Origin: an uncultured Oscillospiraceae bacterium
GTDB taxonomy: Bacteria > Bacillota > Clostridia > Oscillospirales > Ruminococcaceae
Length of the DNA: 57,695 nt
Reading direction: 5' to 3'
NCBI GenBank assembly: GCA_964560915.1
Contig: CAZLMO010000001.1
Span: forward strand, 1-57,695
Shown: one piece after another, positions 36,295-42,858 of the stretch
Layout of the letters: each line of letters opens with the position of its first letter
Position numbering within the stretch: position 1 is the stretch's first letter
Made by a program: the position numbers and the translations under genes
Notes under the pieces: model-generated
Told to the model about the DNA's origin: nothing
Databases searched by the model: none
The model's input: the letters and a program-made list of their open reading frames with translations, nothing else

Positions 36295-37014
36295 ATGAAT
36301 GAACAAAAATTAGCCCGCGGACTGAATGATATTGCCCCTAGTAATTCCGATAAGGTTGTACGAAGCAAGCCTGCTGCCGAGAAAGTCAATCGAGCCTATC
36401 AATCAGTGCAGGACAAGAAGTCGGAAACAAGAAAAAAAATGACACCGGTAGTTAAAGGCCCCGTTCAGCAAATAAAACCAACTTTCTGGGATAAGGTTAA
36501 AACCACTTTTCTTGGAGAGGGCGTTAATGCGCGCGATTTTGTTTTGTATGATATTTTGGTTCCCGCATTTCGAAATACTATGAGCGACATGGGAATTGGG
36601 CTTGTAGAAATGGTGTTTGGTGGGGGAAGGGTCCGTGGACGCGACTATGATAGTCGAATTATTCGAGATCGGGGTCGCTCTTACATTGACTATAATTCAG
36701 TAGCAGATAGAGATCGAAGAAGTGGTAGGGTTGACGGACGTCGAGAAATGGATCGAGGCGACCGAGCACGACATGAATTTAGTAATATTCGCTACAATAG
36801 TCGCGGAGAAGCTGAAGATGTTTTAGCTCGACTAGTAGCCCTTACTATCCAATACCAAGAAGTTACGATTGCGGCATTCTATGAACTCTCAAACATTGAT
36901 CCAACTCCTTCGGACGAAAATTATGGGTGGACCGATCTACGAGAAGCATATGTCGAACAAGTTCGAAACGGGTATGTTATTCGACTTCCGCATCCTCAAC
37001 CATTATTAATATAA
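36295..37014 (+). CDS. hypothetical protein (Arg/Asp-rich centre)
   Basis: 239 aa, tightly coupled to the ligase gene. No recognisable motif. Confidence 0.5.
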   Translation: MNEQKLARGLNDIAPSNSDKVVRSKPAAEKVNRAYQSVQDKKSETRKKMTPVVKGPVQQIKPTFWDKVKTTFLGEGVNARDFVLYDILVPAFRNTMSDMGIGLVEMVFGGGRVRGRDYDSRIIRDRGRSYIDYNSVADRDRRSGRVDGRREMDRGDRARHEFSNIRYNSRGEAEDVLARLVALTIQYQEVTIAAFYELSNIDPTPSDENYGWTDLREAYVEQVRNGYVIRLPHPQPLLI

Positions 37015-37033
37015 AGAAAGAAGGTATTTGATA

Positions 37034-37234
37034 ATGCAAAATGTTCATGATGCGCTTCTATGCGAAATTACGCGAGTTCAAAACTTAATAAAATTATATG
37101 AAACAATTCCCCTCGGATATTTGGCGGTACTCCTGATGCAAGAGGAGATTTGTCGTGCTCAAAAAGCCATATCAGATGGAGATACTGTTACAATGATCAC
37201 GAGCTTACGAGATCTTAAGCTTTTTAAAGAATAA
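37034..37234 (+). CDS. hypothetical protein (66 aa)
   Basis: ATG after GAAGGTATTTGATA. The same AAGAAAGAAGGTATTTGA junction recurs before 37252. Confidence 0.45.
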   Translation: MQNVHDALLCEITRVQNLIKLYETIPLGYLAVLLMQEEICRAQKAISDGDTVTMITSLRDLKLFKE

Positions 37235-37251
37235 GAAAGAAGGTATTTGAG

Positions 37252-37488
37252 ATGGCGAGACCAATTGAAAACGGCCCTTTGGATTTTTGTCCACTGGAGT
37301 GTCCTCATATGGATATTAGTATTGAGAAAAGCGTTACATACGCCAATTTACAACCCTATTTAATCACACACATGCTTGTTTGTAGCCACGAAGAAGCATG
37401 CATAATGTGGCGAAATAGAGGAAATAAAACGTTCCTTGCTGGAACCTCTGCGAGCCAAACTATTGATGATCCAGGAAAGAAAGTATAA
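37252..37488 (+). CDS. hypothetical Cys-rich protein (78 aa)
   Basis: Shares the RBS junction with the previous gene. Stop overlaps the next start (TAATG). Confidence 0.45.
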   Translation: MARPIENGPLDFCPLECPHMDISIEKSVTYANLQPYLITHMLVCSHEEACIMWRNRGNKTFLAGTSASQTIDDPGKKV

Positions 37489-37640
37489 TGCCTCCGACGG
37501 TGCCGGAGATGCGAGACTGGATATTGGCGGCATATCCTGGAGGGAAAGAATGGAAAAAGAAAATCGAAAAGAAAACCGATGCCCAGGTTCTAGCTATGTA
37601 CAAAAACCTTGTAAAACAAGGTAAAATTAAAGGAGCATGA
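37488..37640 (+). CDS. hypothetical small protein (50 aa)
   Basis: Not in the ORF track. The frame is coupled by TAATG at its start and ATGA at its end. Sequence MPPTVPEMRDWILAAYPGGKEWKKKIEKKTDAQVLAMYKNLVKQGKIKGA. Preferred over the uncoupled track ORF 37436-37624. Confidence 0.5.
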   Translation: MPPTVPEMRDWILAAYPGGKEWKKKIEKKTDAQVLAMYKNLVKQGKIKGA

Positions 37641-37642
37641 AA

Positions 37643-37972
37643 ATGTCAGAGCCAGTTAATGGTTTTATGATCGGCATCGATCGCCAAAATGCGACCGACA
37701 TTCAAGTTGTACAAGTTGTCCGCTATCTTAAAGGAGGAATTCACGAGGTTGTCGACACCTTCTACGGGGATACGGCCGAACAAATGTATAAATTTATGAC
37801 GGAACAACCAATTGCATTCAGGCAAATGATTAATTCTTCATATGGTTTAACAGGACCCGTATGCACGCTTGAAGAAGCAAACGCAGTATGTTCAAATAAG
37901 GAAATTAAAGGTTTTAAGTATTTACGAGTAGGAAAGGAAGAAAGAAATGAGAAAAACAACTCTGATTTATAG
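37643..37972 (+). CDS. hypothetical protein (109 aa)
   Basis: ATG lies 7 nt after AAAGGAG; the track start at 37637 is too close to the RBS. Confidence 0.5.
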   Translation: MSEPVNGFMIGIDRQNATDIQVVQVVRYLKGGIHEVVDTFYGDTAEQMYKFMTEQPIAFRQMINSSYGLTGPVCTLEEANAVCSNKEIKGFKYLRVGKEERNEKNNSDL

Positions 37973-38300
37973 TATCTTGGTTATTATTGTGTTGGTTGTT
38001 TCGGGGTTATTTCTTACGGGGCTTGTGGACGGATATAATAAACGGGTGGTCCAAGAAGAAACCTTAAGTTATATTCTTGTTCAAGAAACCAATACTTACT
38101 ATTTACATAAACTTGAGTCATGGAGCAAACCAGACGCCAACACCGTTATTTTTACATGCGCTGTGTGTAAAAATACAATTCGCGTACCAGAGTCTCGTGT
38201 TATTATGTACGAAAAAATAACCGTTAATACAATATGGGCAAATTATGTAGATGTGTGTAGCGGAACCGCGGCCGATTGGCACGAACTATTAGGAGAATAG
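37947..38300 (+). CDS. membrane protein (117 aa)
   Basis: N-terminal TM helix LIYSILVIIVLVVSGLFLTGLV. Confidence 0.5.
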   Translation: MRKTTLIYSILVIIVLVVSGLFLTGLVDGYNKRVVQEETLSYILVQETNTYYLHKLESWSKPDANTVIFTCAVCKNTIRVPESRVIMYEKITVNTIWANYVDVCSGTAADWHELLGE

Positions 38301-38313
38301 GGGGATCCAGTAA

Positions 38314-38730
38314 ATGCGCATAACAAAAACCGTAACGGCAGTGACCCCTAGATATGCCGATAACGGCTCGGCGGGTATGGATTTATATGTAGATACTGCT
38401 GAATCATATACCCTTCAACCAGGCGAAACCTATTATTTGCCAACAGGAATTCGAGTAGAAATACCGCGAAATTTCTTTGGGGTTATTTATCCGCAATCTA
38501 ATCTCTTTAGAAAAGGGTTGGTACTAGCAAATGCGGTGACAGTCCTTAATGCTACAGATCGCGGAGAGATAATGTTGGCGGTAAAGAATGTGTTCTCTGA
38601 TATAGTTCGGATCAACGGCCAATGGGGACTTAGATCTCCATTGGCGCAATTGGTTATTCAACCCTATCGTTTTGAAAAAATTGAATTGGATGATATTCTT
38701 GAACAAGAGTCGCTAAGCATTAAGATTTGA
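38314..38730 (+). CDS. dut: dUTP diphosphatase
   Basis: GSAGMDLY, GVIYPQSNL and TDRGEI match trimeric dUTPase motifs. Confidence 0.8.
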   Translation: MRITKTVTAVTPRYADNGSAGMDLYVDTAESYTLQPGETYYLPTGIRVEIPRNFFGVIYPQSNLFRKGLVLANAVTVLNATDRGEIMLAVKNVFSDIVRINGQWGLRSPLAQLVIQPYRFEKIELDDILEQESLSIKI

Positions 38731-38731
38731 T

Positions 38732-38758
38732 GCAATAAAAACATGACCTTTAATGAAA
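38732..38758 (+). promoter_or_regulatory. phage promoter-like motif copy 9
   Basis: GCAATAAAAACATGACC-TTTAAT-GAAA. Confidence 0.5.
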
Positions 38759-38771
38759 GGAAGTGTTTTAA

Positions 38772-39005
38772 ATGTTAGAAAATAAAAAGGTGAATGGAGT
38801 TCATGCAAGCAGATATATTGCTAGTTGGGGGCGAGTTGGGGGAAGCCTGCGATACGGTACGGGACTTGAGGATTTTAGCGATTGGCTGAGATCATTAGGG
38901 ATTTCGGATGATGATGTCGCGGATATCCGCGAAATGGCCTCAATGGGGCGATTGGAGTTGGAACAATCGGCACGATATTTTATACACATGCAGAACAACA
39001 AATGA
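38772..39005 (+). CDS. hypothetical soluble protein (77 aa)
   Basis: RBS AAAGGAAG. Has its own promoter motif and terminator. Confidence 0.55.
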   Translation: MLENKKVNGVHASRYIASWGRVGGSLRYGTGLEDFSDWLRSLGISDDDVADIREMASMGRLELEQSARYFIHMQNNK

Positions 39006-39013
39006 AAAAAGAA

Positions 39014-39038
39014 GAAAGGGCATTGCCTTTTCTTTTTC
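39014..39038 (+). terminator. intrinsic terminator
   Basis: Stem GAAAGGG / CCTTTTC (one G-U pair) followed by a T-rich tail (TTTTTC). Confidence 0.6.
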
Positions 39039-39065
39039 GCAATTAAATCCTATGTTATAATAGGA
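39039..39065 (+). promoter_or_regulatory. phage promoter-like motif copy 10
   Basis: GCAATTAAATCCTATGT-TATAAT-AGGA. Confidence 0.5.
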
Positions 39066-39092
39066 ACTAATAAAATTTAGGAGGAACCGGAA

Positions 39093-39299
39093 ATGACTAA
39101 ACTGGGAGCAAGAATTATATTGGCGGTATCCGTATTTAGCGTTGCAGCTGGAAGTGCTATGATAATTGCGTTATCAGAGCAGATTGGCTATGCGCAAGGT
39201 CGCAGTGATACCTATCAAGAATTAGTAAGGCGAATACGTGAAATGGCTGCCGAGGACGATCAAAAATTAGAAGACCAAAAGAATGAAGAAGCTGAATAA
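39093..39299 (+). CDS. small membrane protein (68 aa)
   Basis: RBS TAGGAGGAA. TM helix IILAVSVFSVAAGSAMIIAL with an acidic tail. The stop lies in the terminator hairpin. Confidence 0.6.
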   Translation: MTKLGARIILAVSVFSVAAGSAMIIALSEQIGYAQGRSDTYQELVRRIREMAAEDDQKLEDQKNEEAE

Positions 39300-39316
39300 G
39301 CTTCTCTTTCTTTTCT
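39287..39316 (+). terminator. intrinsic terminator
   Basis: Stem AGAAGCT / AGCTTCT, loop GAATA, with the TAA stop spanning the loop/stem boundary. T-rich tail. Confidence 0.65.
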
Positions 39317-39353
39317 TGCACAGGTTGACGGAACATACAATCATTAAGCCCTC

Positions 39354-39380
39354 GCGGAATTATCTCCTCCTATAATAGAA
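39354..39380 (+). promoter_or_regulatory. phage promoter-like motif copy 11 (divergent upstream half)
   Basis: GCGGAATTATCTCCTCC-TATAAT-AGAA. Confidence 0.45.
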
Positions 39381-39402
39381 GTAAAATAAAAGGAGGAATA
39401 GT

Positions 39403-39546
39403 ATGATTACACTACTGATTATGGTGGTTCTTTTGAGTGTAATATGCGGATTGTTGTGTAAATTTGTATCGGCCCTTGTGGGTGTGATATTTATAATGGC
39501 AGCGATGGCATTTACACTTCGAATGGCCAAAGAGATCTTAAGGTGA
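39403..39546 (+). CDS. small membrane protein (47 aa)
   Basis: Not in the ORF track. RBS AAAGGAGGAA. Sequence MITLLIMVVLLSVICGLLCKFVSALVGVIFIMAAMAFTLRMAKEILR. Confidence 0.55.
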   Translation: MITLLIMVVLLSVICGLLCKFVSALVGVIFIMAAMAFTLRMAKEILR

Positions 39547-39567
39547 GAGCTACGGCTCTCCTTTTTT
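39545..39567 (+). terminator. intrinsic terminator
   Basis: Stem GAGAGC / GCTCTC with a TACG loop, then T6. Confidence 0.75.
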
Positions 39568-39573
39568 CGCCTC

Positions 39574-39600
39574 GCAGAATCTTCTTACCCTATAATGGAA
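39574..39600 (+). promoter_or_regulatory. phage promoter-like motif copy 12
   Basis: GCAGAATCTTCTTACCC-TATAAT-GGAA. Confidence 0.55.
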
Positions 39601-39626
39601 TGAATATTTGAAAGGAAGGTATTATT

Positions 39627-39812
39627 ATGAACACGAGACAGAGAGAAACGAGTCGGGAGATTAGGCTTTGGATCACAACAATTATTAGCCCGGTCGTAAC
39701 GATCGGACTGACAGTATTGACATGTGACCCAACACTAAGAGCGAAGGTTCGCAATTACTCGAAAGCAAAAGTAGCCTGGGTCAAAAATAAATTCCACAAA
39801 AAGGAGAAGTAG
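39627..39812 (+). CDS. small membrane protein (61 aa)
   Basis: RBS AAAGGAAGG. TM helix LWITTIISPVVTIGLTVL with a basic tail. Confidence 0.6.
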   Translation: MNTRQRETSREIRLWITTIISPVVTIGLTVLTCDPTLRAKVRNYSKAKVAWVKNKFHKKEK

Positions 39813-39817
39813 GGTGA

Positions 39818-39840
39818 GAGAGCTACGGCTCTCCTTTTTT
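39818..39840 (+). terminator. intrinsic terminator
   Basis: GAGAGC-TACG-GCTCTC followed by T6. Confidence 0.75.
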
Positions 39841-39846
39841 CGCCTC

Positions 39847-39873
39847 GCAGAATCTTCTTACCCTATAATGGAA
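39847..39873 (+). promoter_or_regulatory. phage promoter-like motif copy 13
   Basis: GCAGAATCTTCTTACCC-TATAAT-GGAA. Confidence 0.55.
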
Positions 39874-39897
39874 GAAGATTTATAAGGAGGAAGCAAT

Positions 39898-40035
39898 ATG
39901 AAAAAGATTGGGTATTTTGTAGTGGGCGTGTTCGCGTCAATAATTGGCGTGTTTGCAAAGACTACAGAGCTTGGTGAAATTGTTGTTAGTAATTATAATT
40001 TCTACAAAGAATGGAATAAGAAAGGAGGAAAGTAA
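39898..40035 (+). CDS. small membrane protein (45 aa)
   Basis: Not in the ORF track. RBS TAAGGAGGAA. Sequence MKKIGYFVVGVFASIIGVFAKTTELGEIVVSNYNFYKEWNKKGGK. Confidence 0.55.
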   Translation: MKKIGYFVVGVFASIIGVFAKTTELGEIVVSNYNFYKEWNKKGGK

Positions 40036-40098
40036 ATGTTTGAATTTGCTGTTGCTGTTGCAATTATTTATTGGGTCTGGAAGGATTCCAAGAAGTAA
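40036..40098 (+). CDS. 20-aa hydrophobic micro-protein
   Basis: ATG lies directly after the upstream stop, with AAAGGAGGAA 6 nt upstream. Sequence MFEFAVAVAIIYWVWKDSKK. A terminator follows. Confidence 0.35.
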   Translation: MFEFAVAVAIIYWVWKDSKK

Positions 40099-40113
40099 AG
40101 TGATAATAAAAGT

Positions 40114-40148
40114 AAAGAGGGCAATACTTACTCCCTCTTTCTTTATTC
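40114..40148 (+). terminator. intrinsic terminator
   Basis: Stem AAAGAGGG / CCCTCTTT with an 11-nt loop and a T-rich tail. Confidence 0.6.
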
Positions 40149-40175
40149 GCAGAAAATACTAATTATATAATGAAG
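40149..40175 (+). promoter_or_regulatory. phage promoter-like motif copy 14
   Basis: GCAGAAAATACTAATTA-TATAAT-GAAG. Confidence 0.5.
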
Positions 40176-40195
40176 CGAAGTGAAAGGAGGAATAA

Positions 40196-40387
40196 ATGAT
40201 GATGAAGGCGGCTTTAAAAGTAATGGTAGGGCTCAGTGTGGGAGCGGCGATCGGAGCAACGGGAATACTCGTTGGAATGGTTTACACTGCTGCCGTTGTA
40301 CTGACAAGTCCAACCGTATTCGAGTGTGTCGAAAAAAATCATAAAGAAGTCCAAGAAGCATTGGCAGAAAAGAAAGAGGCGGAATAA
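40196..40387 (+). CDS. small membrane protein (63 aa)
   Basis: RBS AAAGGAGGAA. Gly/Ala-rich TM helices. Ends in KEAE-stop inside the terminator loop. Confidence 0.6.
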   Translation: MMMKAALKVMVGLSVGAAIGATGILVGMVYTAAVVLTSPTVFECVEKNHKEVQEALAEKKEAE

Positions 40388-40401
40388 GCCTCTTCTTTTT
40401 G
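40375..40401 (+). terminator. intrinsic terminator
   Basis: Stem AGAGGC / GCCTCT, loop GGAATAA containing the TAA stop, T-rich tail. Confidence 0.65.
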
Positions 40402-40411
40402 TTTATCGATC

Positions 40412-40438
40412 GCAACATTTACAACTCATATAATGAAA
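40412..40438 (+). promoter_or_regulatory. phage promoter-like motif copy 15
   Basis: GCAACATTTACAACTCA-TATAAT-GAAA. Confidence 0.55.
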
Positions 40439-40462
40439 CTATATGAAAGGAAGGAAATAGAA

Positions 40463-40777
40463 ATGAAAAAAGACAAAGGCAGAAAACCGGAGGTTGTGGA
40501 AGTTGTGGAACTTAATGAAGAACAGATTCCCGAAGTAGTAGAAGAAGTAACGAAAGTTGCGAAACCAAAATGGTCATTAAAGAAGAAATTAATGATCGGT
40601 GGAGGCGTACTCGCTGGATTGGCGATTGGGGCAATAGCTCTGATCAATAAACAGGGAGGCGCGAACATCGATCAGGTGGAAGCTGAAGATGATTATGCGG
40701 ATAGCGCTGACGTTGTGGAAACTACAACCGAGGAGGTCCAAGAAGAAGAAGTTAAAAAAGAACAAGGACAACTTTAG
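40463..40777 (+). CDS. acidic single-pass membrane protein (104 aa)
   Basis: ATG after GAAAGGAAGGAAA; the track start at 40433 is the ATG inside the promoter motif. TM helix LMIGGGVLAGLAIGAIALI. Confidence 0.55.
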   Translation: MKKDKGRKPEVVEVVELNEEQIPEVVEEVTKVAKPKWSLKKKLMIGGGVLAGLAIGAIALINKQGGANIDQVEAEDDYADSADVVETTTEEVQEEEVKKEQGQL

Positions 40778-40819
40778 GATGAATGTAATGTTATTGCATT
40801 ACTAACCTAAATATGGGAG

Positions 40820-40851
40820 AGACTTATTGGAAACAATGAGTCTTCTTTTTG
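40820..40851 (+). terminator. intrinsic terminator
   Basis: Stem AGACTTATTG / CAATGAGTCT (one G-U pair), GAAA loop, T-rich tail. Confidence 0.65.
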
Positions 40852-40854
40852 TCG

Positions 40855-40881
40855 TAATGAAATCCTGCTCTATAATGAGAA
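40855..40881 (+). promoter_or_regulatory. phage promoter-like motif copy 16 (variant)
   Basis: GTAATGAAATCCTGCTC-TATAAT-GAGA. Confidence 0.45.
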
Positions 40882-40909
40882 CTGATATTTAGAGAAGGAG
40901 GAAACGACA

Positions 40910-41137
40910 ATGCGAAAGGTATTAAGTTGGATACGTCAAGACTTTAGAAGAGTCTATTGGACAATAAAATATGAAAGTAATTACAAAACACCAACATGGG
41001 TGATTGTATTATGGTACATATTATTATTCCCAATAGGCGCACTATTATGGGTGGTGTATATGATTTATAGTGCATATCGCGGATATCGTCTCGAGAAGCA
41101 AATACTCGAGATATTAGGAGAAGACGAAGAGAGTTAA
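40910..41137 (+). CDS. small membrane protein (75 aa)
   Basis: RBS GAAGGAGGAAA. TM helices WVIVLWYILLFPIGALLWVVYMIY. The stop lies in the terminator loop. Confidence 0.6.
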   Translation: MRKVLSWIRQDFRRVYWTIKYESNYKTPTWVIVLWYILLFPIGALLWVVYMIYSAYRGYRLEKQILEILGEDEES

Positions 41138-41153
41138 AGCTCTCTTTTCTTTT
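41128..41153 (+). terminator. intrinsic terminator
   Basis: Stem AGAGAG / CTCTCT, loop TTAAAG containing the TAA stop, T-rich tail. Confidence 0.6.
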
Positions 41154-41176
41154 ACCAAACGAAGGAGGAAATTATA

Positions 41177-42121
41177 ATGAATTTCAAGGCAATAATGGGC
41201 GGAGTATCGTACACATTGAAAAAATACGCACCGGAGATTCTCCTCGGAGTGGGTATTACCGGCGTAGTTGTTAGCACAGTATTATCGTGCAAAGCAACTC
41301 TCAAAGCGGAAGCCATTCTAGACGAACACGCAGAACAAAGTGAACGCATTGACGACTGCGTATTGGTTCGCGAAACCTCGGACGTTAACTACTCAATTCA
41401 AGAAGAAAAACATGATCGATTGGTTCTTTTATCAGCAACCGGAGGAAAGTTTATTCGGTTATATGGTCCCAGTGGAACCCTTATGTTGTTTTCTCTCGGG
41501 TGCATTCTTGCATCTTATCGTATCATGAGAACTCGAAATGTTGCGCTTATGGCAGCGTACAAACTCATGGAAGAAGCCTTCATGAATTACAGAAAACGAG
41601 TATCCGCTGAACTTGGCGACCGTGCCGACAGTCATTTTCTGTATGGAGAAGAAATGGTTGAAGGTACTGCTCGCACTGTTACCGAAGAAGATGGTACAGA
41701 ACATGAAATGATGGTTGTAAAAAATAACCTTAGTGGGTTCCATCGCTTCTTTGAAGCAGAAAAACCTAATCAAATTGGTGGTTGGACCGGATCAACTCAG
41801 TGGAGCAAAGTTCATGAGTACAATCTTAGTTTTCTCGAACATAAAGAAGAACATTTCACCAATATGCTCGCTGTTCGAGGCCTTGTGACCATGAATGACG
41901 TATTTTCTGAACTTGGTTTTGAGCCAACAGAGGCTGGGATGGTTGTTGGATGGAAGTATAACTCCGAACGAGGCGACAATTATATTTCATTTAGACCTCG
42001 CAACGTTGACGGAAACTGGGCATTTGGACAAAACGGATGCGGGATTCTTCTTGATTTTAACTTTGATGGGGTTGTCTTTGATCCAACGGTTGCTCGTAAA
42101 GAGGTAAAACAAATCAAATAA
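41177..42121 (+). CDS. membrane-anchored protein, paralog B of 31374-32168
   Basis: RBS GAAGGAGGAAA. For the shared motifs see 31374-32168. Confidence 0.6.
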   Translation: MNFKAIMGGVSYTLKKYAPEILLGVGITGVVVSTVLSCKATLKAEAILDEHAEQSERIDDCVLVRETSDVNYSIQEEKHDRLVLLSATGGKFIRLYGPSGTLMLFSLGCILASYRIMRTRNVALMAAYKLMEEAFMNYRKRVSAELGDRADSHFLYGEEMVEGTARTVTEEDGTEHEMMVVKNNLSGFHRFFEAEKPNQIGGWTGSTQWSKVHEYNLSFLEHKEEHFTNMLAVRGLVTMNDVFSELGFEPTEAGMVVGWKYNSERGDNYISFRPRNVDGNWAFGQNGCGILLDFNFDGVVFDPTVARKEVKQIK

Positions 42122-42139
42122 AAAGCGATGTGTAAAGAT

Positions 42140-42169
42140 AGAGGGTTCCGGCCGGGCCCTCTTTCTTTT
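42140..42169 (+). terminator. intrinsic terminator
   Basis: Stem AGAGGG / CCCTCT enclosing a CCGGCCGG palindrome, with a T-rich tail. Confidence 0.65.
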
Positions 42170-42186
42170 ATAGAGGGGGATCGATT

Positions 42187-42591
42187 TTGGTGCATGATCA
42201 AATTGGAAGTATATTTTTTATCGATGAATCAGCGTATACGACCGAAGTATGCGCCACTTGTGGTAAAACGTTTCGTATGCTCCCGGGTTGGGTATATAAA
42301 TTACCGGGGGCTGTATTTTGTAGATACAATTGTATGCCCAAAACAGGAATTCTAAACGATCCATTAATCAAAACACCCGCACAAAAAGTTGATCGAGAAG
42401 ATAAGCGCCGACGAAATTGGGAAACACGAAAAAAATCTCACGGTTACACCGATGTGACTAAGTGCAAAGATTGTAATCATATGGAATTTTGGCATAAAAT
42501 GACGTGGTTTAAACCAAAAGATGGTCCAGGTCGTGGACTTTGCCGAGTGTGCTATGGTCAGGAGTATGCAAAAATGCAAGAAGGAGAGTAA
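42187..42591 (+). CDS. Cys-rich (zinc-ribbon-like) protein
   Basis: TTG/GTG start after GGGGGA. Cys pairs CATCG...CRYNC and CKDCN...CRVC. Confidence 0.45.
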   Translation: MVHDQIGSIFFIDESAYTTEVCATCGKTFRMLPGWVYKLPGAVFCRYNCMPKTGILNDPLIKTPAQKVDREDKRRRNWETRKKSHGYTDVTKCKDCNHMEFWHKMTWFKPKDGPGRGLCRVCYGQEYAKMQEGE

Positions 42592-42593
42592 GT

Positions 42594-42857
42594 ATGCAAG
42601 TTGTAAAATCAAATGTTGTGTCGCAAGTTAGAAGAATTCATGAATTTTATTGCGACGATTGCGGTTGTTTAGTAGGAACCAGCCATGAATACGAAGATGG
42701 ATACTATGAACAGCCTGGGCGCTGCGTCTATAAAGTATATTTAGGCGGTAATTGGCTTATAAAAGAAGCAACTTTTTGCGACGATTGTGGTAATAAGTTT
42801 GAGCACGCGTTAAAAAGCACACTAATCAATTTAGGATTCGGAAGAGAGGAAAACTAA
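42594..42857 (+). CDS. Cys-rich (zinc-ribbon-like) protein
   Basis: ATG lies 6 nt after GAAGGAGAG. Cys pairs CDDCGC and CDDCGN. Confidence 0.5.
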   Translation: MQVVKSNVVSQVRRIHEFYCDDCGCLVGTSHEYEDGYYEQPGRCVYKVYLGGNWLIKEATFCDDCGNKFEHALKSTLINLGFGREEN

Positions 42858-42858
42858 C

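Larger units (their letters stand above)
39545..39600 (+). repeat. 56-nt terminator-promoter junction, copy 1
   Basis: GAGAGCTACGGCTCTCCTTTTTTCGCCTCGCAGAATCTTCTTACCCTATAATGGAA is identical to 39818-39873. Confidence 0.95.
39818..39873 (+). repeat. 56-nt terminator-promoter junction, copy 2
   Basis: Identical to 39545-39600. Confidence 0.95.

Noticed and set aside
37436-37624. Track ORF of 62 aa.
   Set aside because: It has no RBS and lies out of frame with the translationally coupled neighbours. The alternative frame 37488-37640 starts at a TAATG overlap, ends at an ATGA overlap and gives a plausible helical protein.
39545-39873. Possible CRISPR-like array, suggested by the identical 56-nt repeats with a spacer between them.
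   Set aside because: There are only two copies. Each repeat is fully explained as a terminator hairpin plus a promoter motif. The 217-nt spacer is an RBS-led ORF. No cas genes are present.
39944-40162. Track ORF of 72 aa. The same applies to 31116-31337, 32849-33103 and minus-strand 30251-30616 and 31163-31522.
   Set aside because: These ORFs run across terminators, promoter motifs or RBS-led small genes in other frames. They have no RBS of their own.
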